A DNA stretch of 64,000 nucleotides from a virus, in the IMG/VR virus record IMGVR_UViG_3300035698_010625, positions 32,001 to 96,000 of that record. One strand, given 5' to 3'. The number at the start of each line of letters is the position of its first letter. The first letter of the stretch is position 1. The notes under the pieces were generated by a model. It saw only the letters and a program-made list of their open reading frames with translations. It did not search any database and was not told where the DNA came from. A program made the translations under genes and the position numbers. This document shows positions 1 to 9,952 of the stretch, piece after piece.

Positions 1-203
1 CACACACAAATCTCTTGATTCTCGATGAAGTATTCGATGGATCACTTGACATCGTTGGACTTGACACACTAATGGAAATCCTTGGTGAAATGTATGAGAC
101 TAACATATTCGTAATTTCACATAAGGGTGAGCACTTACAAGACAAAATGCAATCTGTTGTGAAATTTGAGAAAGTTAAGAATTTTTCGAGGATGGTTACA
201 TGA
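1..203 (+). CDS. C-terminus of gp46-like recombination endonuclease ATPase subunit (5' truncated by window)
   Basis: LILDEVFDGSLD Walker B/D-loop and VISH motif of the SbcC/Rad50/gp46 family. Confidence 0.9.
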   Translation, partial: HTNLLILDEVFDGSLDIVGLDTLMEILGEMYETNIFVISHKGEHLQDKMQSVVKFEKVKNFSRMVT

Positions 204-412
204 AAAATCAAAAATGGGGTATCAAATTAAGCACCGCTGGCCGATCTTTATTTGTTATAGATATAAAGGAGGTCGCTGGTCGAGCTATCATATCGGTAGA
301 TGCTAGTGAAGAAAACAAAAACAACGAAGTATTATCATTTGATAGTCAAGAATTAGCAACTAATTACGCGGAGAGAATGGGATGGATACTGTACAGGATC
401 GCACCGATCTAG
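200..412 (+). CDS. hypothetical protein
   Basis: ORF coupled to gp46 (ATGA overlap). Confidence 0.55.
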   Translation: MKNQKWGIKLSTAGRSLFVIDIKEVAGRAIISVDASEENKNNEVLSFDSQELATNYAERMGWILYRIAPI

Positions 413-924
413 AAACAATGGATCGTAATATTGTAAAACATGACCACGCTAGCCTTCGTAGAGTGTGCCGATACTTTAACTTTGAAAATCCACCAGCCGA
501 TCCTATGTACATAGCAGAGGTTATGATATATAATCTTATTAAGCACCGCGGCCTTGGTCTTGCAGCACCACAAATTGGATTTCCGTATAACGTTTTTGCA
601 GTAGGTAATCCAGACCTTCCAGATAAGGTTATGGTTTTCTTTAATTCAACAATCGTACATTTCTCGGAAAATGTTATACTCTTAGATGAAGGTTGCTTAT
701 CATTTCCAAGTCTATTTATGAAAATTAAAAGACCAGATTCTATCCGAATGAGATTTACTGATCCAGATGGGGTTAAGAAAACAGAAAAATTTGATGGAAT
801 ATTAGGGCGTGTAATTCAACATGAGTACGATCATATCAATGGCAAACTATTCACATCTCGAGTTAACCCAATTGAATACGATCGAGCAAAACGTCGTCAA
901 AAAAAAATATTGAGAAAGGTATAA
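382..924 (+). CDS. def: peptide deformylase
   Basis: GLGLAAPQIG, EGCLS and QHEYDH motifs. Confidence 0.95.
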   Translation: MDTVQDRTDLETMDRNIVKHDHASLRRVCRYFNFENPPADPMYIAEVMIYNLIKHRGLGLAAPQIGFPYNVFAVGNPDLPDKVMVFFNSTIVHFSENVILLDEGCLSFPSLFMKIKRPDSIRMRFTDPDGVKKTEKFDGILGRVIQHEYDHINGKLFTSRVNPIEYDRAKRRQKKILRKV

Positions 925-927
925 AGT

Positions 928-1365
928 ATGTCTAGTAACTGGGTTAATGATATTCGTCTAATGCACGAACACTTTGGTGTTACTGATTGGATGGATGATC
1001 TTAAAAATGAAACGAAGTTCGATGAATTTTTAGCATTTAGATTAAGGTTTCTCCAAGAAGAACTGGATGAAACAATGAAAGCTTGGAAAGAAGGTGATTG
1101 TGAAGAAATTGTTGATGGTTTAATAGATCTTTGTGTAGTAGCTATTGGAACACTTGATGCTTTCAATATTGACTCTAATAAAGCATGGAATAATGTATTA
1201 AAAGCAAATATGAGTAAAAATACAGGCGTAAATAAAACTCGCCCTAATGCACTTGGTCTTCCAGATTTGATTAAACCTATAGATTGGGAAGCACCTACAC
1301 ATAAAGAAAATCATGGATTGTTACTTGCGTGGCGTAATATTTCATCATTAGGTGAAGGCACATGA
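928..1365 (+). CDS. MazG-like/all-alpha NTP pyrophosphohydrolase (possible dCTPase/dUTPase)
   Basis: FLQEELDE...EEIVDGLIDL acidic helices; adjacent to dCMP hydroxymethylase. Confidence 0.75.
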   Translation: MSSNWVNDIRLMHEHFGVTDWMDDLKNETKFDEFLAFRLRFLQEELDETMKAWKEGDCEEIVDGLIDLCVVAIGTLDAFNIDSNKAWNNVLKANMSKNTGVNKTRPNALGLPDLIKPIDWEAPTHKENHGLLLAWRNISSLGEGT

Positions 1366-1733
1366 AGCCCGAACTACCAAAAATGCCAGATGCTACATTA
1401 CCTATGCCATCACAATCTGCTTCTTTAGATGTTTTAATGGAATGTGCTGGTCTTCAGAGACGCAAATCTAACGATTATCAAAATCCGAATTCTAACATCA
1501 AGCAAGCAATGCATTACCGTCGTGGTATAGATACTATTCATGACATGATTGCACAAAAACTCCTTCGGGCCCAATCTTTACTAGAATCTAAAGAAGATCC
1601 AAATAACGAATCATTAGAAGATACATATAAAGATATGATTAACTATTGCTCATTCGCAGTAGTATATTTGAGAAAACAGATGGATGGACAGGATCCTTCC
1701 AGGGATATTTTTAATGCACCAGAACGTACGTGA
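1362..1733 (+). CDS. DUF1599/nucleotide modification associated domain 1-like protein
   Basis: KSNDY...KLLR...ESLEDTYKDMINY pattern. Confidence 0.7.
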   Translation: MKPELPKMPDATLPMPSQSASLDVLMECAGLQRRKSNDYQNPNSNIKQAMHYRRGIDTIHDMIAQKLLRAQSLLESKEDPNNESLEDTYKDMINYCSFAVVYLRKQMDGQDPSRDIFNAPERT

Positions 1734-2409
1734 TATACGCGATAGATTTCGTGATGAACTGAAAAACGCTAGATACATTACAGATAAAAGTGGTGTAAAA
1801 ACTATTGAATTAATGTCTGTCAATTTCAAAGCAGATGAGACAAGTATCTTCGGTAAGGTTGATGAAAATTTTGTAAAGAGAGAAACTAATTGGTATTTAA
1901 GTCAATCGTTAAATGTTAATGATTTAGTAGATGCTCCTGCGATATGGAAATCTGTTGCATCACGCCATGGTGCAATCAATTCAAATTACGGATGGTGTGT
2001 ATACAGTAGAGAAAATGGTGACCAATACGGGTTTGTTTGTAATGAACTTTGGACTAATCCAGATTCACGTAGAGCTATCATGATTTACACTCGCCCTGAT
2101 ATGCACACTGCAGCTTTTAAAGAAAATATGAATGATTTTATGTGCACGAACACTGTACAGTATCTCATTCGTGATAGCAAACTTCATGCACATGTAAGTA
2201 TGAGAAGTAATGATGCAGTCTTTGGATATAAAAATGATTTTGCTTGGCAGCACCGTGTTTTTAGTCGGGTGTTAGAACTTATAAATCACCGCCGTGCTGT
2301 ATACGATGAAGATCCATTAATAGCTGGCGACATTATCTGGAATGTTGGTTCACTTCACATATACGAAAGACATTTTCATATAGTAGATTCACAGCAGGTA
2401 CTTTTATGA
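1714..2409 (+). CDS. dCMP hydroxymethylase-type enzyme (T4 gp42-like, thymidylate synthase fold)
   Basis: DFMCTNTVQYLIR catalytic Cys; MRSNDAVFGYKNDFAW with the cytosine-specifying Asp; GSLHIYERHF. Confidence 0.88.
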   Translation: MHQNVRDIRDRFRDELKNARYITDKSGVKTIELMSVNFKADETSIFGKVDENFVKRETNWYLSQSLNVNDLVDAPAIWKSVASRHGAINSNYGWCVYSRENGDQYGFVCNELWTNPDSRRAIMIYTRPDMHTAAFKENMNDFMCTNTVQYLIRDSKLHAHVSMRSNDAVFGYKNDFAWQHRVFSRVLELINHRRAVYDEDPLIAGDIIWNVGSLHIYERHFHIVDSQQVLL

Positions 2410-3284
2410 TTAAAAGAATTTACATCCCTACATATGGACGTGTAGACAAACAAGAAACGTATGATTATCTTCCAAAGAAATGGCAGAAGCGCTGTCTTCT
2501 AGTAATTGCTGAAAAAGAAAGAGAAGCATTTGAGAAAACAGATTATCCGTTTGTTGTTTCACCATGTCAAGGACCTGCACCAGAAGGCGCTGACCCATTA
2601 GATTATGGTTTGAGTCCTACAAGAAAATGGATTGCTTATCACGCGGGTGATATGAAGTATGGTGTGCTGGATGATGACATTAACGAATTTGTGTATACAC
2701 CAAGACCTTCTGAAGTTGACTATCACGAATACACAAATGCTCAAATCAATGAACACAATAAGAAACTAGGGTATGGTGGTTATTTTGATGATATGATGAC
2801 AATGCTCGACGAGTGGCTTGAAGATTTTGTTACTGTTGGACTTGAAGTATCATGGAATCCACCTTTTGAAGAAGATCATACAGAATGCTGGAGACAAACA
2901 ACTAATCACTTTTACAATGGAGCTAATTTTCCAAAAGATGACATCGATTTCACATCTCTGAAATGTGCTCAGGATTACTTTATCCTTCTCCAGTTGCTAG
3001 TTATGGGATATAAAAATCGAATCAGTTTGAGATATCGCGTACGTCCTGCTATGACACAAGAAAAAGGTGGTTGTGAAGTATACAGAACTATTCAAGTCCA
3101 TAATGACTCGATGGAAAAATTACGAGATGCTTTTCCAGATTTCGTAAATCTGAATACTAAAATCACAAAGACTGGACCTTGGGCAGGACAGGAAAAATTC
3201 AGCGCTTCTATCCAATGGAAAAAGGCGTATAAATCTAGTATAGGAAAGACAAAACCAACTAACTCTTTAGCAGATTTCTTTTAG
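2406..3284 (+). CDS. putative DNA-base glycosyltransferase (GT-A fold)
   Basis: IYIPTYGR N-terminus, LDDD motif, QDY..LQLL..G, GGC motif; directly downstream of the hydroxymethylase. Confidence 0.7.
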   Translation: MIKRIYIPTYGRVDKQETYDYLPKKWQKRCLLVIAEKEREAFEKTDYPFVVSPCQGPAPEGADPLDYGLSPTRKWIAYHAGDMKYGVLDDDINEFVYTPRPSEVDYHEYTNAQINEHNKKLGYGGYFDDMMTMLDEWLEDFVTVGLEVSWNPPFEEDHTECWRQTTNHFYNGANFPKDDIDFTSLKCAQDYFILLQLLVMGYKNRISLRYRVRPAMTQEKGGCEVYRTIQVHNDSMEKLRDAFPDFVNLNTKITKTGPWAGQEKFSASIQWKKAYKSSIGKTKPTNSLADFF

Positions 3285-3293
3285 AGGTATATA

Positions 3294-4082
3294 ATGAACG
3301 ATTACATAATGAAATTCCTTGGAACTGGTAACGCATTCCCTTACGATCTTAACCTTCCACCAGAGGATCAAAACTTCCAGTCAAACGCTATGTTGATTGC
3401 ACCTAGTGGTAGAAAGTTACTCATTGATGCTGGTGGATTGATTCAAAATGCATTAGGTTTTTACCAAATGTCTTCAGCGGATCTTGACAGTGTCTATATT
3501 TCTCATCCACACGGTGATCATATCGGTGGATTGGAGTATATTGCATTCACTACTTATTTCAATCCAACACTCCCGAAACCACGTCTAATTGCAAATAAGA
3601 AACTTGTTCGTGAATTATGGAACAATAGTCTATCTGGTGGACTTGGTAGCATTCAAGGACAAATCACTGACTTAGATACTTTCTTCAATGTCGATGCTGT
3701 TGGAAAGAATCAAACATTTCGTTGGTCAAATATCGATTTTCAGCCAGTACAAGTAGTACACTATATGGATGGATTTGATATTGTGCCTTCTTATGGCTTG
3801 TTCTGGGAAGTTAACGATAAGAAATATTTCTTCACCAGTGATACACAACATTGCCCAAATCAAATTAAAGATTTCTACAATGTTGCTGATTTGATTTTCC
3901 AAGATTGTGAAACAGCACCATTTCCTTCTGGTGTACACGCTCACTATACAGAACTTGTTACTTTGCCAGATGACATTAAAGCAAAAATGCATCTATATCA
4001 TTATCACCCAGGTGAAAAGCCAGACTGTGTTACTGATGGTTTTGCAGGATGGATCACACGAGGTCAGGAATTTATTCTATGA
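3294..4082 (+). CDS. metallo-beta-lactamase fold hydrolase, RNase Z-like
   Basis: FLGTG, LIDAG, SHPHGDHIGG, FTSDT, HAHY, HLYHY motifs. Confidence 0.8.
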   Translation: MNDYIMKFLGTGNAFPYDLNLPPEDQNFQSNAMLIAPSGRKLLIDAGGLIQNALGFYQMSSADLDSVYISHPHGDHIGGLEYIAFTTYFNPTLPKPRLIANKKLVRELWNNSLSGGLGSIQGQITDLDTFFNVDAVGKNQTFRWSNIDFQPVQVVHYMDGFDIVPSYGLFWEVNDKKYFFTSDTQHCPNQIKDFYNVADLIFQDCETAPFPSGVHAHYTELVTLPDDIKAKMHLYHYHPGEKPDCVTDGFAGWITRGQEFIL

Positions 4083-5296
4083 TTACCCATGCGAGTATAG
4101 TCCCACTGATGGGCAGTGCTACATTAGCAGCTGATGAAGTTTTTGAAAATGATTCAAAATATCTCTTATCTTATAGTGATTATGAAGTCAATGATTCACA
4201 CTTAGTCCATTACTATAAGCAAACAAATAAAGATGTACCGTACACTTTTGTTACAGGAGACACTGTTCCAGAGTATGTGGATGTTGTTACTACACAATGC
4301 TATCCAGGCGCTCTAGCTAGTTTTAGTGATGATGTTTATCCGGGTAATCACCAGAACAATGAAATTGAAAAAGTAACAACTTTTGTTCTTAACAAAATTA
4401 AGCCAAAGGTTTTTTGGGGTGAAGCAGCACCTTCATTCTCACATACAATTGGTAAGAGAATTCGAATGAAATTAGCAGCACTTGCCACTGCTAATGGATA
4501 TTCAATGTCAGTGTTTCGATCTAAAGCAACATTTCATGGATCACCACAAGTTAGACAAAGATCGTTTTTCATATTCTGGAAAGAAGTTAGAAATGTACCA
4601 ATTCTAAAATTCTTCGAAACAGTATGTGTGCCAGTTAAGGATTTAATTCCTTCTCTCAAAGGTGATACACAGCATCATTTAGTCAACTCTCAAGATCCTA
4701 TAGATAATCCTTATTACCACTATCTAATGGATCAAATTCATCCTAATACTACACACGAAGATTTCATCGATAGTTTGCTACAATCCTACGATGTAATTCA
4801 GTATATGAGAGAACAAGGAGTTGAATATAGGGAAATGACATTGTGGTTTAATTCTAACGGATATGAATCTGAATCTATAAAAATCAAAGAACAGTACATT
4901 TCTACGAATAAGAAATTAGATTCTAGTGGAGTACTTTTACCTCGCTCAGTGTTCGCTCCTAAGCAACATATAAATGGCTTTGTAAAGCACTTTCCACGAA
5001 CGATGATGCACCCAGTGATACGACGTCATTTAACATATCGTGAATGTATGGGTTTCATGGGATTCCCAGAAGATTTTGAAATGTTAAACCCTGAAAAAAA
5101 TCTCGATCATGTCTGTGAAAATATTATTGGTGATGTAGCAAAAGATATTCTCGGTGAAATTAAAGCCTATCTAGAAGGTAATCGTGAAATGGTTCGTTGC
5201 GATATGGTAATACAGTATAATGAAATTAAGAAAACGAAATTGATTAATCCTGATACTACGGGTGATGTTGGTGGGTTAAGTAACTTTTTAACATAG
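4079..5296 (+). CDS. C5 DNA methyltransferase paralog with degenerate active site
   Basis: Collinear with next gene; CPCAG replaced by CYPGA, ENAP replaced by EAAP. Confidence 0.75.
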   Translation: MITHASIVPLMGSATLAADEVFENDSKYLLSYSDYEVNDSHLVHYYKQTNKDVPYTFVTGDTVPEYVDVVTTQCYPGALASFSDDVYPGNHQNNEIEKVTTFVLNKIKPKVFWGEAAPSFSHTIGKRIRMKLAALATANGYSMSVFRSKATFHGSPQVRQRSFFIFWKEVRNVPILKFFETVCVPVKDLIPSLKGDTQHHLVNSQDPIDNPYYHYLMDQIHPNTTHEDFIDSLLQSYDVIQYMREQGVEYREMTLWFNSNGYESESIKIKEQYISTNKKLDSSGVLLPRSVFAPKQHINGFVKHFPRTMMHPVIRRHLTYRECMGFMGFPEDFEMLNPEKNLDHVCENIIGDVAKDILGEIKAYLEGNREMVRCDMVIQYNEIKKTKLINPDTTGDVGGLSNFLT

Positions 5297-5309
5297 GCAA
5301 ATAACAATA

Positions 5310-6512
5310 ATGAAACACGCGACTATTATCCCTCTTATCGGTGGAATTTCACTAGCATCTGACCAAGTGTACGGAACCAAACCAAAGTGGATTGCATCCT
5401 ACGATGTATTCAAAGGCAATGACGCCCATCTTCGTAATTATTACGAATTCCAGAATCATGATGTACCGTATAAATTGCTTGACGTTGAAGCACATAATGG
5501 TATTAAATTAGAGCAAGGAATGGATGTCATCTCAACAGTATGCCCGTGCGCTGGCCTTTCCACAATGAGTCTTACATCTGGTGCTGATAATCCTCTGAAT
5601 GAATGGATGGCTCATAGTGCTGAATATGTGTTGACTAACCTTAAGCCAAAGGTTTTCTGGGGTGAGAACGCCCCAACTTTTGCTGGAAACACTGGTAAGA
5701 AAATCCGCGATCGTATCTATGAAATCGGTAGAAAGAATGGTTATACAATGACAGTTTATAGAACTAAATCATTGTTACATGGTCTTCCACAAATTCGCCA
5801 ACGCTCATTCTACTTTTTCTGGAAAGAGAAAAATCACGTACCTATGATGGAATATTTCCGGCGCCCTAATATTGACATCAAAGATTTCATTGAAGGAATG
5901 GGTGGTAACTCTCAACAGGAATTGGTTAACCCTAAAATTCCAACTGATAATCCTTATTACAAATTCATCCTTGAGAAGATGCATCCAGGAATGCAGCACC
6001 ATGAATTTGTTGAGCAACTCGATAAATCATATGAGCTTACACGTTACATCAGAAAAAATGGAATTCAATTTCCAGAATTAGGAGAATACTTTTATGGTCT
6101 TGGCCTTGAGAAAGAAGGTGATAAGTGTTACCGCCGCCAAGCAAAACTAGATAGTGGTGGAGGAATCATGACCCGCGCCCTATATATTCCAAAGGATTAT
6201 ACTGGAGCATTTGTTGGTCATCTTCCACGTGACATGACTCACCCTGTTGAAAATCGCTTTTTGACTTATCGTGAATGTATGGGTATGATGGGATTGCCAG
6301 AAGATTTTGAATTGTTAAATCCTAATAAAAATCTCAATCACGTTTGTCAGAATGTTCCAGTAACAACTGCTAAGGATATGGCAACTGAAGTTAAAGCTTA
6401 TCTAGAAGGCAACCGCCCTATGGTAAAAGCGACTCAACTATTTCAACGTAATGATCCACGCACCCATGAAATTATGGAAGCAGATCATAGTACTCTTGGA
6501 GATTTTATATAA
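5310..6512 (+). CDS. C5 cytosine DNA methyltransferase-like protein
   Basis: PC motif (VCPCAGLS), GENAP, PQIRQRSF, RFLTYRECM..MGLPEDF, QNVP. Confidence 0.85.
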   Translation: MKHATIIPLIGGISLASDQVYGTKPKWIASYDVFKGNDAHLRNYYEFQNHDVPYKLLDVEAHNGIKLEQGMDVISTVCPCAGLSTMSLTSGADNPLNEWMAHSAEYVLTNLKPKVFWGENAPTFAGNTGKKIRDRIYEIGRKNGYTMTVYRTKSLLHGLPQIRQRSFYFFWKEKNHVPMMEYFRRPNIDIKDFIEGMGGNSQQELVNPKIPTDNPYYKFILEKMHPGMQHHEFVEQLDKSYELTRYIRKNGIQFPELGEYFYGLGLEKEGDKCYRRQAKLDSGGGIMTRALYIPKDYTGAFVGHLPRDMTHPVENRFLTYRECMGMMGLPEDFELLNPNKNLNHVCQNVPVTTAKDMATEVKAYLEGNRPMVKATQLFQRNDPRTHEIMEADHSTLGDFI

Positions 6513-6958
6513 TGCCTGGTGAAAGTGATCGTGAAAAAATACTACTTGATGATTATTTCTCAAGTTTAAACACCGCCCGTGGTGCTACTACTCAAAAATT
6601 AGTTAAAGCATTTAATGACTTACAAAAAGGCGACGTAAATGAAATGGTGAATTCTAGTCCTCTCCCAGCAGGTATAAAGAACGATAAAGGTAAAGATCGT
6701 TGGGATTTGTTACCTATAGGACCTGTACGTGAAATTGTTAAAGTACTCACATTTGGCGCAGAAAAATACTCTCCAGATAATTGGAAATATGTTGATAATC
6801 ACAAAGCCCGCTACTTTGCAGCAATGCAGAGACATATAACTAGTTGGTGGGAAGACGATGAAATGTTCGACCCTGAAACTGGCATCCATCATTTAGCTCA
6901 TGCTGGATGCTGTATGCTTTTCGCAATTTGGCATGATATGAATCCTGGTAAAAAGTAA
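6512..6958 (+). CDS. dATP/dGTP diphosphohydrolase domain protein (DUF5664-like)
   Basis: GIKNDKGKDRWDLLP...FGAEKY...NW...DPETGIHHLAHA. Confidence 0.85.
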   Translation: MPGESDREKILLDDYFSSLNTARGATTQKLVKAFNDLQKGDVNEMVNSSPLPAGIKNDKGKDRWDLLPIGPVREIVKVLTFGAEKYSPDNWKYVDNHKARYFAAMQRHITSWWEDDEMFDPETGIHHLAHAGCCMLFAIWHDMNPGKK

Positions 6959-7834
6959 ATGAATGAAGAATCAATTGCAGAAATTTCTCTTAGTGAACTA
7001 CGTAAAAGAAAGATCTTTGTAGCAACACCAATGTATGGCGGAATGTGTACTGGGCAATTCACAAAATCCTGTACTGATTTAGCAAAAATGGGAGCATTGA
7101 ATGGAATTGAAATTGAATTCTTTTCACTGTTTAATGAAAGCCTTATCACACGCGCACGTAACTATTGTGTTGATGAGTTCCTTCGTAGAGAGGAATTTAC
7201 TCACCTTATGTTCATCGATGCTGACATTGGATTTAATCCAAAAGATGTAATCGATCTAGCAATTCTATCAGATCCAGAAAGTGATTACGATATTCTTTGT
7301 GGTCCTTATCCAAAGAAAACTATCTCTTGGGAAAAGATTGCTGCTGCTGTAGACCAGGGATTCGCTGATGAAAATCCAGAAAATCTATCACGTTTTGTTG
7401 GTGATTATGTTTTCAATCCAGTAGATACTAAAGATGGTAAAATTCATCTGGATCGGCCAGCAGAAGTTCTAGAAGGTGGTACTGGATTCATGATGATTCA
7501 GCGTAAAGTATTTGCAAAATTTGCTGAAGGTTATCCTGAACTTAAGTACAAACCAGATCATGTAAGAACAAAACACTTCGATGGTTCCCGATATATTCAT
7601 GCTTATTTTGAAACGGTAATTGATCGTGATGAAAATGGAGAAGGCTCTGAAAGGTATCTCTCTGAAGATTATATGTTCTGTCAGTATTCTAGAAAACTTG
7701 GGATGAAAGTTTGGATGTGCCCTTGGATGAAGATGATGCATATCGGGACTTACTTCTTTGGAGGAAGTTTGATGGACCTCGCGCAAATTGGAGCACATGC
7801 TACTGCCGATCCTTCTAAATTAAAGAAAAAGTGA
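6959..7834 (+). CDS. GT-A fold glycosyltransferase-like protein conserved in T4-like phages
   Basis: FVATPMYGG, SLITRARN, FIDADI, GTGFMMI, YLSEDYMFC. Confidence 0.75.
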   Translation: MNEESIAEISLSELRKRKIFVATPMYGGMCTGQFTKSCTDLAKMGALNGIEIEFFSLFNESLITRARNYCVDEFLRREEFTHLMFIDADIGFNPKDVIDLAILSDPESDYDILCGPYPKKTISWEKIAAAVDQGFADENPENLSRFVGDYVFNPVDTKDGKIHLDRPAEVLEGGTGFMMIQRKVFAKFAEGYPELKYKPDHVRTKHFDGSRYIHAYFETVIDRDENGEGSERYLSEDYMFCQYSRKLGMKVWMCPWMKMMHIGTYFFGGSLMDLAQIGAHATADPSKLKKK

Positions 7835-7889
7835 TGTACGTATACCGTCTAGAATGTTATAATAATCCTTTATATACAGGAAATAAACT

Positions 7890-8540
7890 ATGAATATTTC
7901 GAAAGAAACCTTGGCATACCTGAAAAGTTTCGCGCAAATTAACCCTTCAATCTGGGTTAATTCTGGAAGCACACTCCGGACTATGTCGACGAATAAGACA
8001 ATTGTCGCCTCGGCTAAAGTACCAGAAGAGTTCCCAATTGATTTTGGTATCTATGACCTTAATACTTTCCTAAGTGTTATTAGTCTTATGGAACAACCAG
8101 AATTTGAGTTCAGCCCAAATCACGTTGAAATCTCTGCAGGCAAAACGAAGGTTCAATATCGTTATGTCTCGAAGAAAGTTATTGTTACTCCTCCAGAAAA
8201 GGAACTAACTATTCCTGATGAAGCACTTGCATTCTTGCTTACTAATGAAGATATGCAGCGTGTCATGCGTGCTGCTAAAGTAATGAGTCTTCCTAACATT
8301 GTTGTTGATACTCGAAATAATGAACTGTTTCTAGTTGCAACTGATGATTCAAATAATGACAGTAATGAATATCGAATTGTTGTTGGCGAAACATCTCCAG
8401 ATGAGCAGTCATTTACTTTCCGTGAAGAGAACCTTAAACTTATTGAGGGTGATTATGAAGTCATTATCTCCAGTAAGGGTATTGCACAATTCACGGGCAA
8501 ATCACAGGATGTAACATACTTTATCGCTACTGAGTCTTGA
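7890..8540 (+). CDS. sliding clamp (gp45)
   Basis: LKSFAQINPSI, FGIYDLNTFLS, YFIATE; precedes clamp loader. Confidence 0.93.
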   Translation: MNISKETLAYLKSFAQINPSIWVNSGSTLRTMSTNKTIVASAKVPEEFPIDFGIYDLNTFLSVISLMEQPEFEFSPNHVEISAGKTKVQYRYVSKKVIVTPPEKELTIPDEALAFLLTNEDMQRVMRAAKVMSLPNIVVDTRNNELFLVATDDSNNDSNEYRIVVGETSPDEQSFTFREENLKLIEGDYEVIISSKGIAQFTGKSQDVTYFIATES

Positions 8541-8553
8541 TATGAAACGCAGA

Positions 8554-8577
8554 TAATACTCCATTTCTGGAGTATTA
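8554..8577. terminator. perfect 10-bp hairpin between gp45 and gp44
   Basis: TAATACTCCA-TTTC-TGGAGTATTA. Confidence 0.45.
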
Positions 8578-8660
8578 CGTCTTAATGTACAGTATAAACC
8601 CCATTCAATTTCCTATATTGTTATTGAAGCAAAACTAGGTCCACAAGGATACACTATATA

Positions 8661-9593
8661 ATGAATCAACTTTGGGTAGAAAAATACCGTCCAGGAACTG
8701 TTGGAGAATGTATCCTCCCAGCAGCAACGAAAGCAGCATTTCAAACTTTCGTTGATAAAAAATATGTACCAAATCTTCTTTTATCTGGAGGACCGGGAAT
8801 TGGCAAAACCACTATCGCTAAAGCAATGCTTGCTGAGTGTGATTTCGACTCTATTGTTATCAATAGTTCCATGGATGGTAACATCGACATATTACGCACT
8901 CGTATTCGTGACTACGCATCTACCGTATCTTTCAGCGGCAGTCGCAAGTATGTTATTCTAGATGAAGCTGATCATCTGAATCCACAATCGACTCAGCCTG
9001 CTCTACGTAACTTTATGGAAGAGTATAGTGAGAACTGTGGGTTTATCATGACCTGCAATTACAAGAAACGTATCATTGAACCTTTGCACTCCAGATGCTC
9101 TGTTGTTGATTTTAAGATTGGTACGAAAGAACGTGCTGAAGTCGCAAAGCAAATGATGGCGCGTATTCAATATATTCTAGATGAAGAAAAAGTACCTTAT
9201 GAGAAGCCTGTATTAGCACAATTGCTACTCCAGCATTTTGGTGATTGGCGTCGTCTTATCAATGAACTCCAGAGATATTCTGCATCTGGAACTATTGACG
9301 CTGGAATTTTGGTAAATCTTGGTGATGATAATTTCAAGAAACTCATTAAGAGCCTTAAAGGAAAGGATTTTAAAGCAGCTCGTGTATGGGTAGGTACGAA
9401 CACTGATCTGGATTCTTCTGAGATTTTTCGTGCACTTTACGATCAATCGGTGGAAATTATGACACCACCTAGTATCCCACAGTTAGTTCTGATTCTTGCT
9501 GATTACTCTTATAAAGCAGCTTTCGTTGCTGACCAAGAGATTAATCTGATTGCATGTTTAACTGAAGTGATGACATCTTGTGAGTTTAAATAA
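8661..9593 (+). CDS. clamp loader large subunit (gp44)
   Basis: LWVEKYRP, GGPGIGKTT, ILDEAD, PLHSRC. Confidence 0.96.
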   Translation: MNQLWVEKYRPGTVGECILPAATKAAFQTFVDKKYVPNLLLSGGPGIGKTTIAKAMLAECDFDSIVINSSMDGNIDILRTRIRDYASTVSFSGSRKYVILDEADHLNPQSTQPALRNFMEEYSENCGFIMTCNYKKRIIEPLHSRCSVVDFKIGTKERAEVAKQMMARIQYILDEEKVPYEKPVLAQLLLQHFGDWRRLINELQRYSASGTIDAGILVNLGDDNFKKLIKSLKGKDFKAARVWVGTNTDLDSSEIFRALYDQSVEIMTPPSIPQLVLILADYSYKAAFVADQEINLIACLTEVMTSCEFK

Positions 9594-9949
9594 TGAAATT
9601 ACTAGTATGTGGCGGGAGAGATTATAAGGATAGGCACCGAATCTATAGGTCTCTCGATAAAGTATTAAAAGCTCAAAATGGTGATTTAACAATCATCGCT
9701 GGTGGCGCTAACGGTGTAGATACTATTGCTGAAGAATGGGCAGTAGAAAATAATCTGGAGACAGATATCTACCCTGCTGACTGGGATAATCTAGGGAAGA
9801 AAGCTGGATATGTCAGAAACGCACAAATGCTTGAAGAAGGTAAACCCGATTATGTCCTAGCCTTTCCCGGAGGTCCAGGGACTAAAATGATGAAAAATCT
9901 AGCACGCAAGAAAAAGATTGGTGTTCTTGTAGTATCTAGTAAAGGATAG
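9593..9949 (+). CDS. SLOG/YspA-like (DUF2493) protein
   Basis: LVCGGRDY, GGANGVD, YPADW, KAGYVRN..M, AFPGGPGT. Confidence 0.85.
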   Translation: MKLLVCGGRDYKDRHRIYRSLDKVLKAQNGDLTIIAGGANGVDTIAEEWAVENNLETDIYPADWDNLGKKAGYVRNAQMLEEGKPDYVLAFPGGPGTKMMKNLARKKKIGVLVVSSKG

Positions 9950-9952
9950 ATA

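Noticed and set aside
1684-2409. canonical thymidylate synthase ThyA
   Set aside because: Has Asp rather than Asn at the specificity site and matches T4 gp42 motifs; ThyX is present separately
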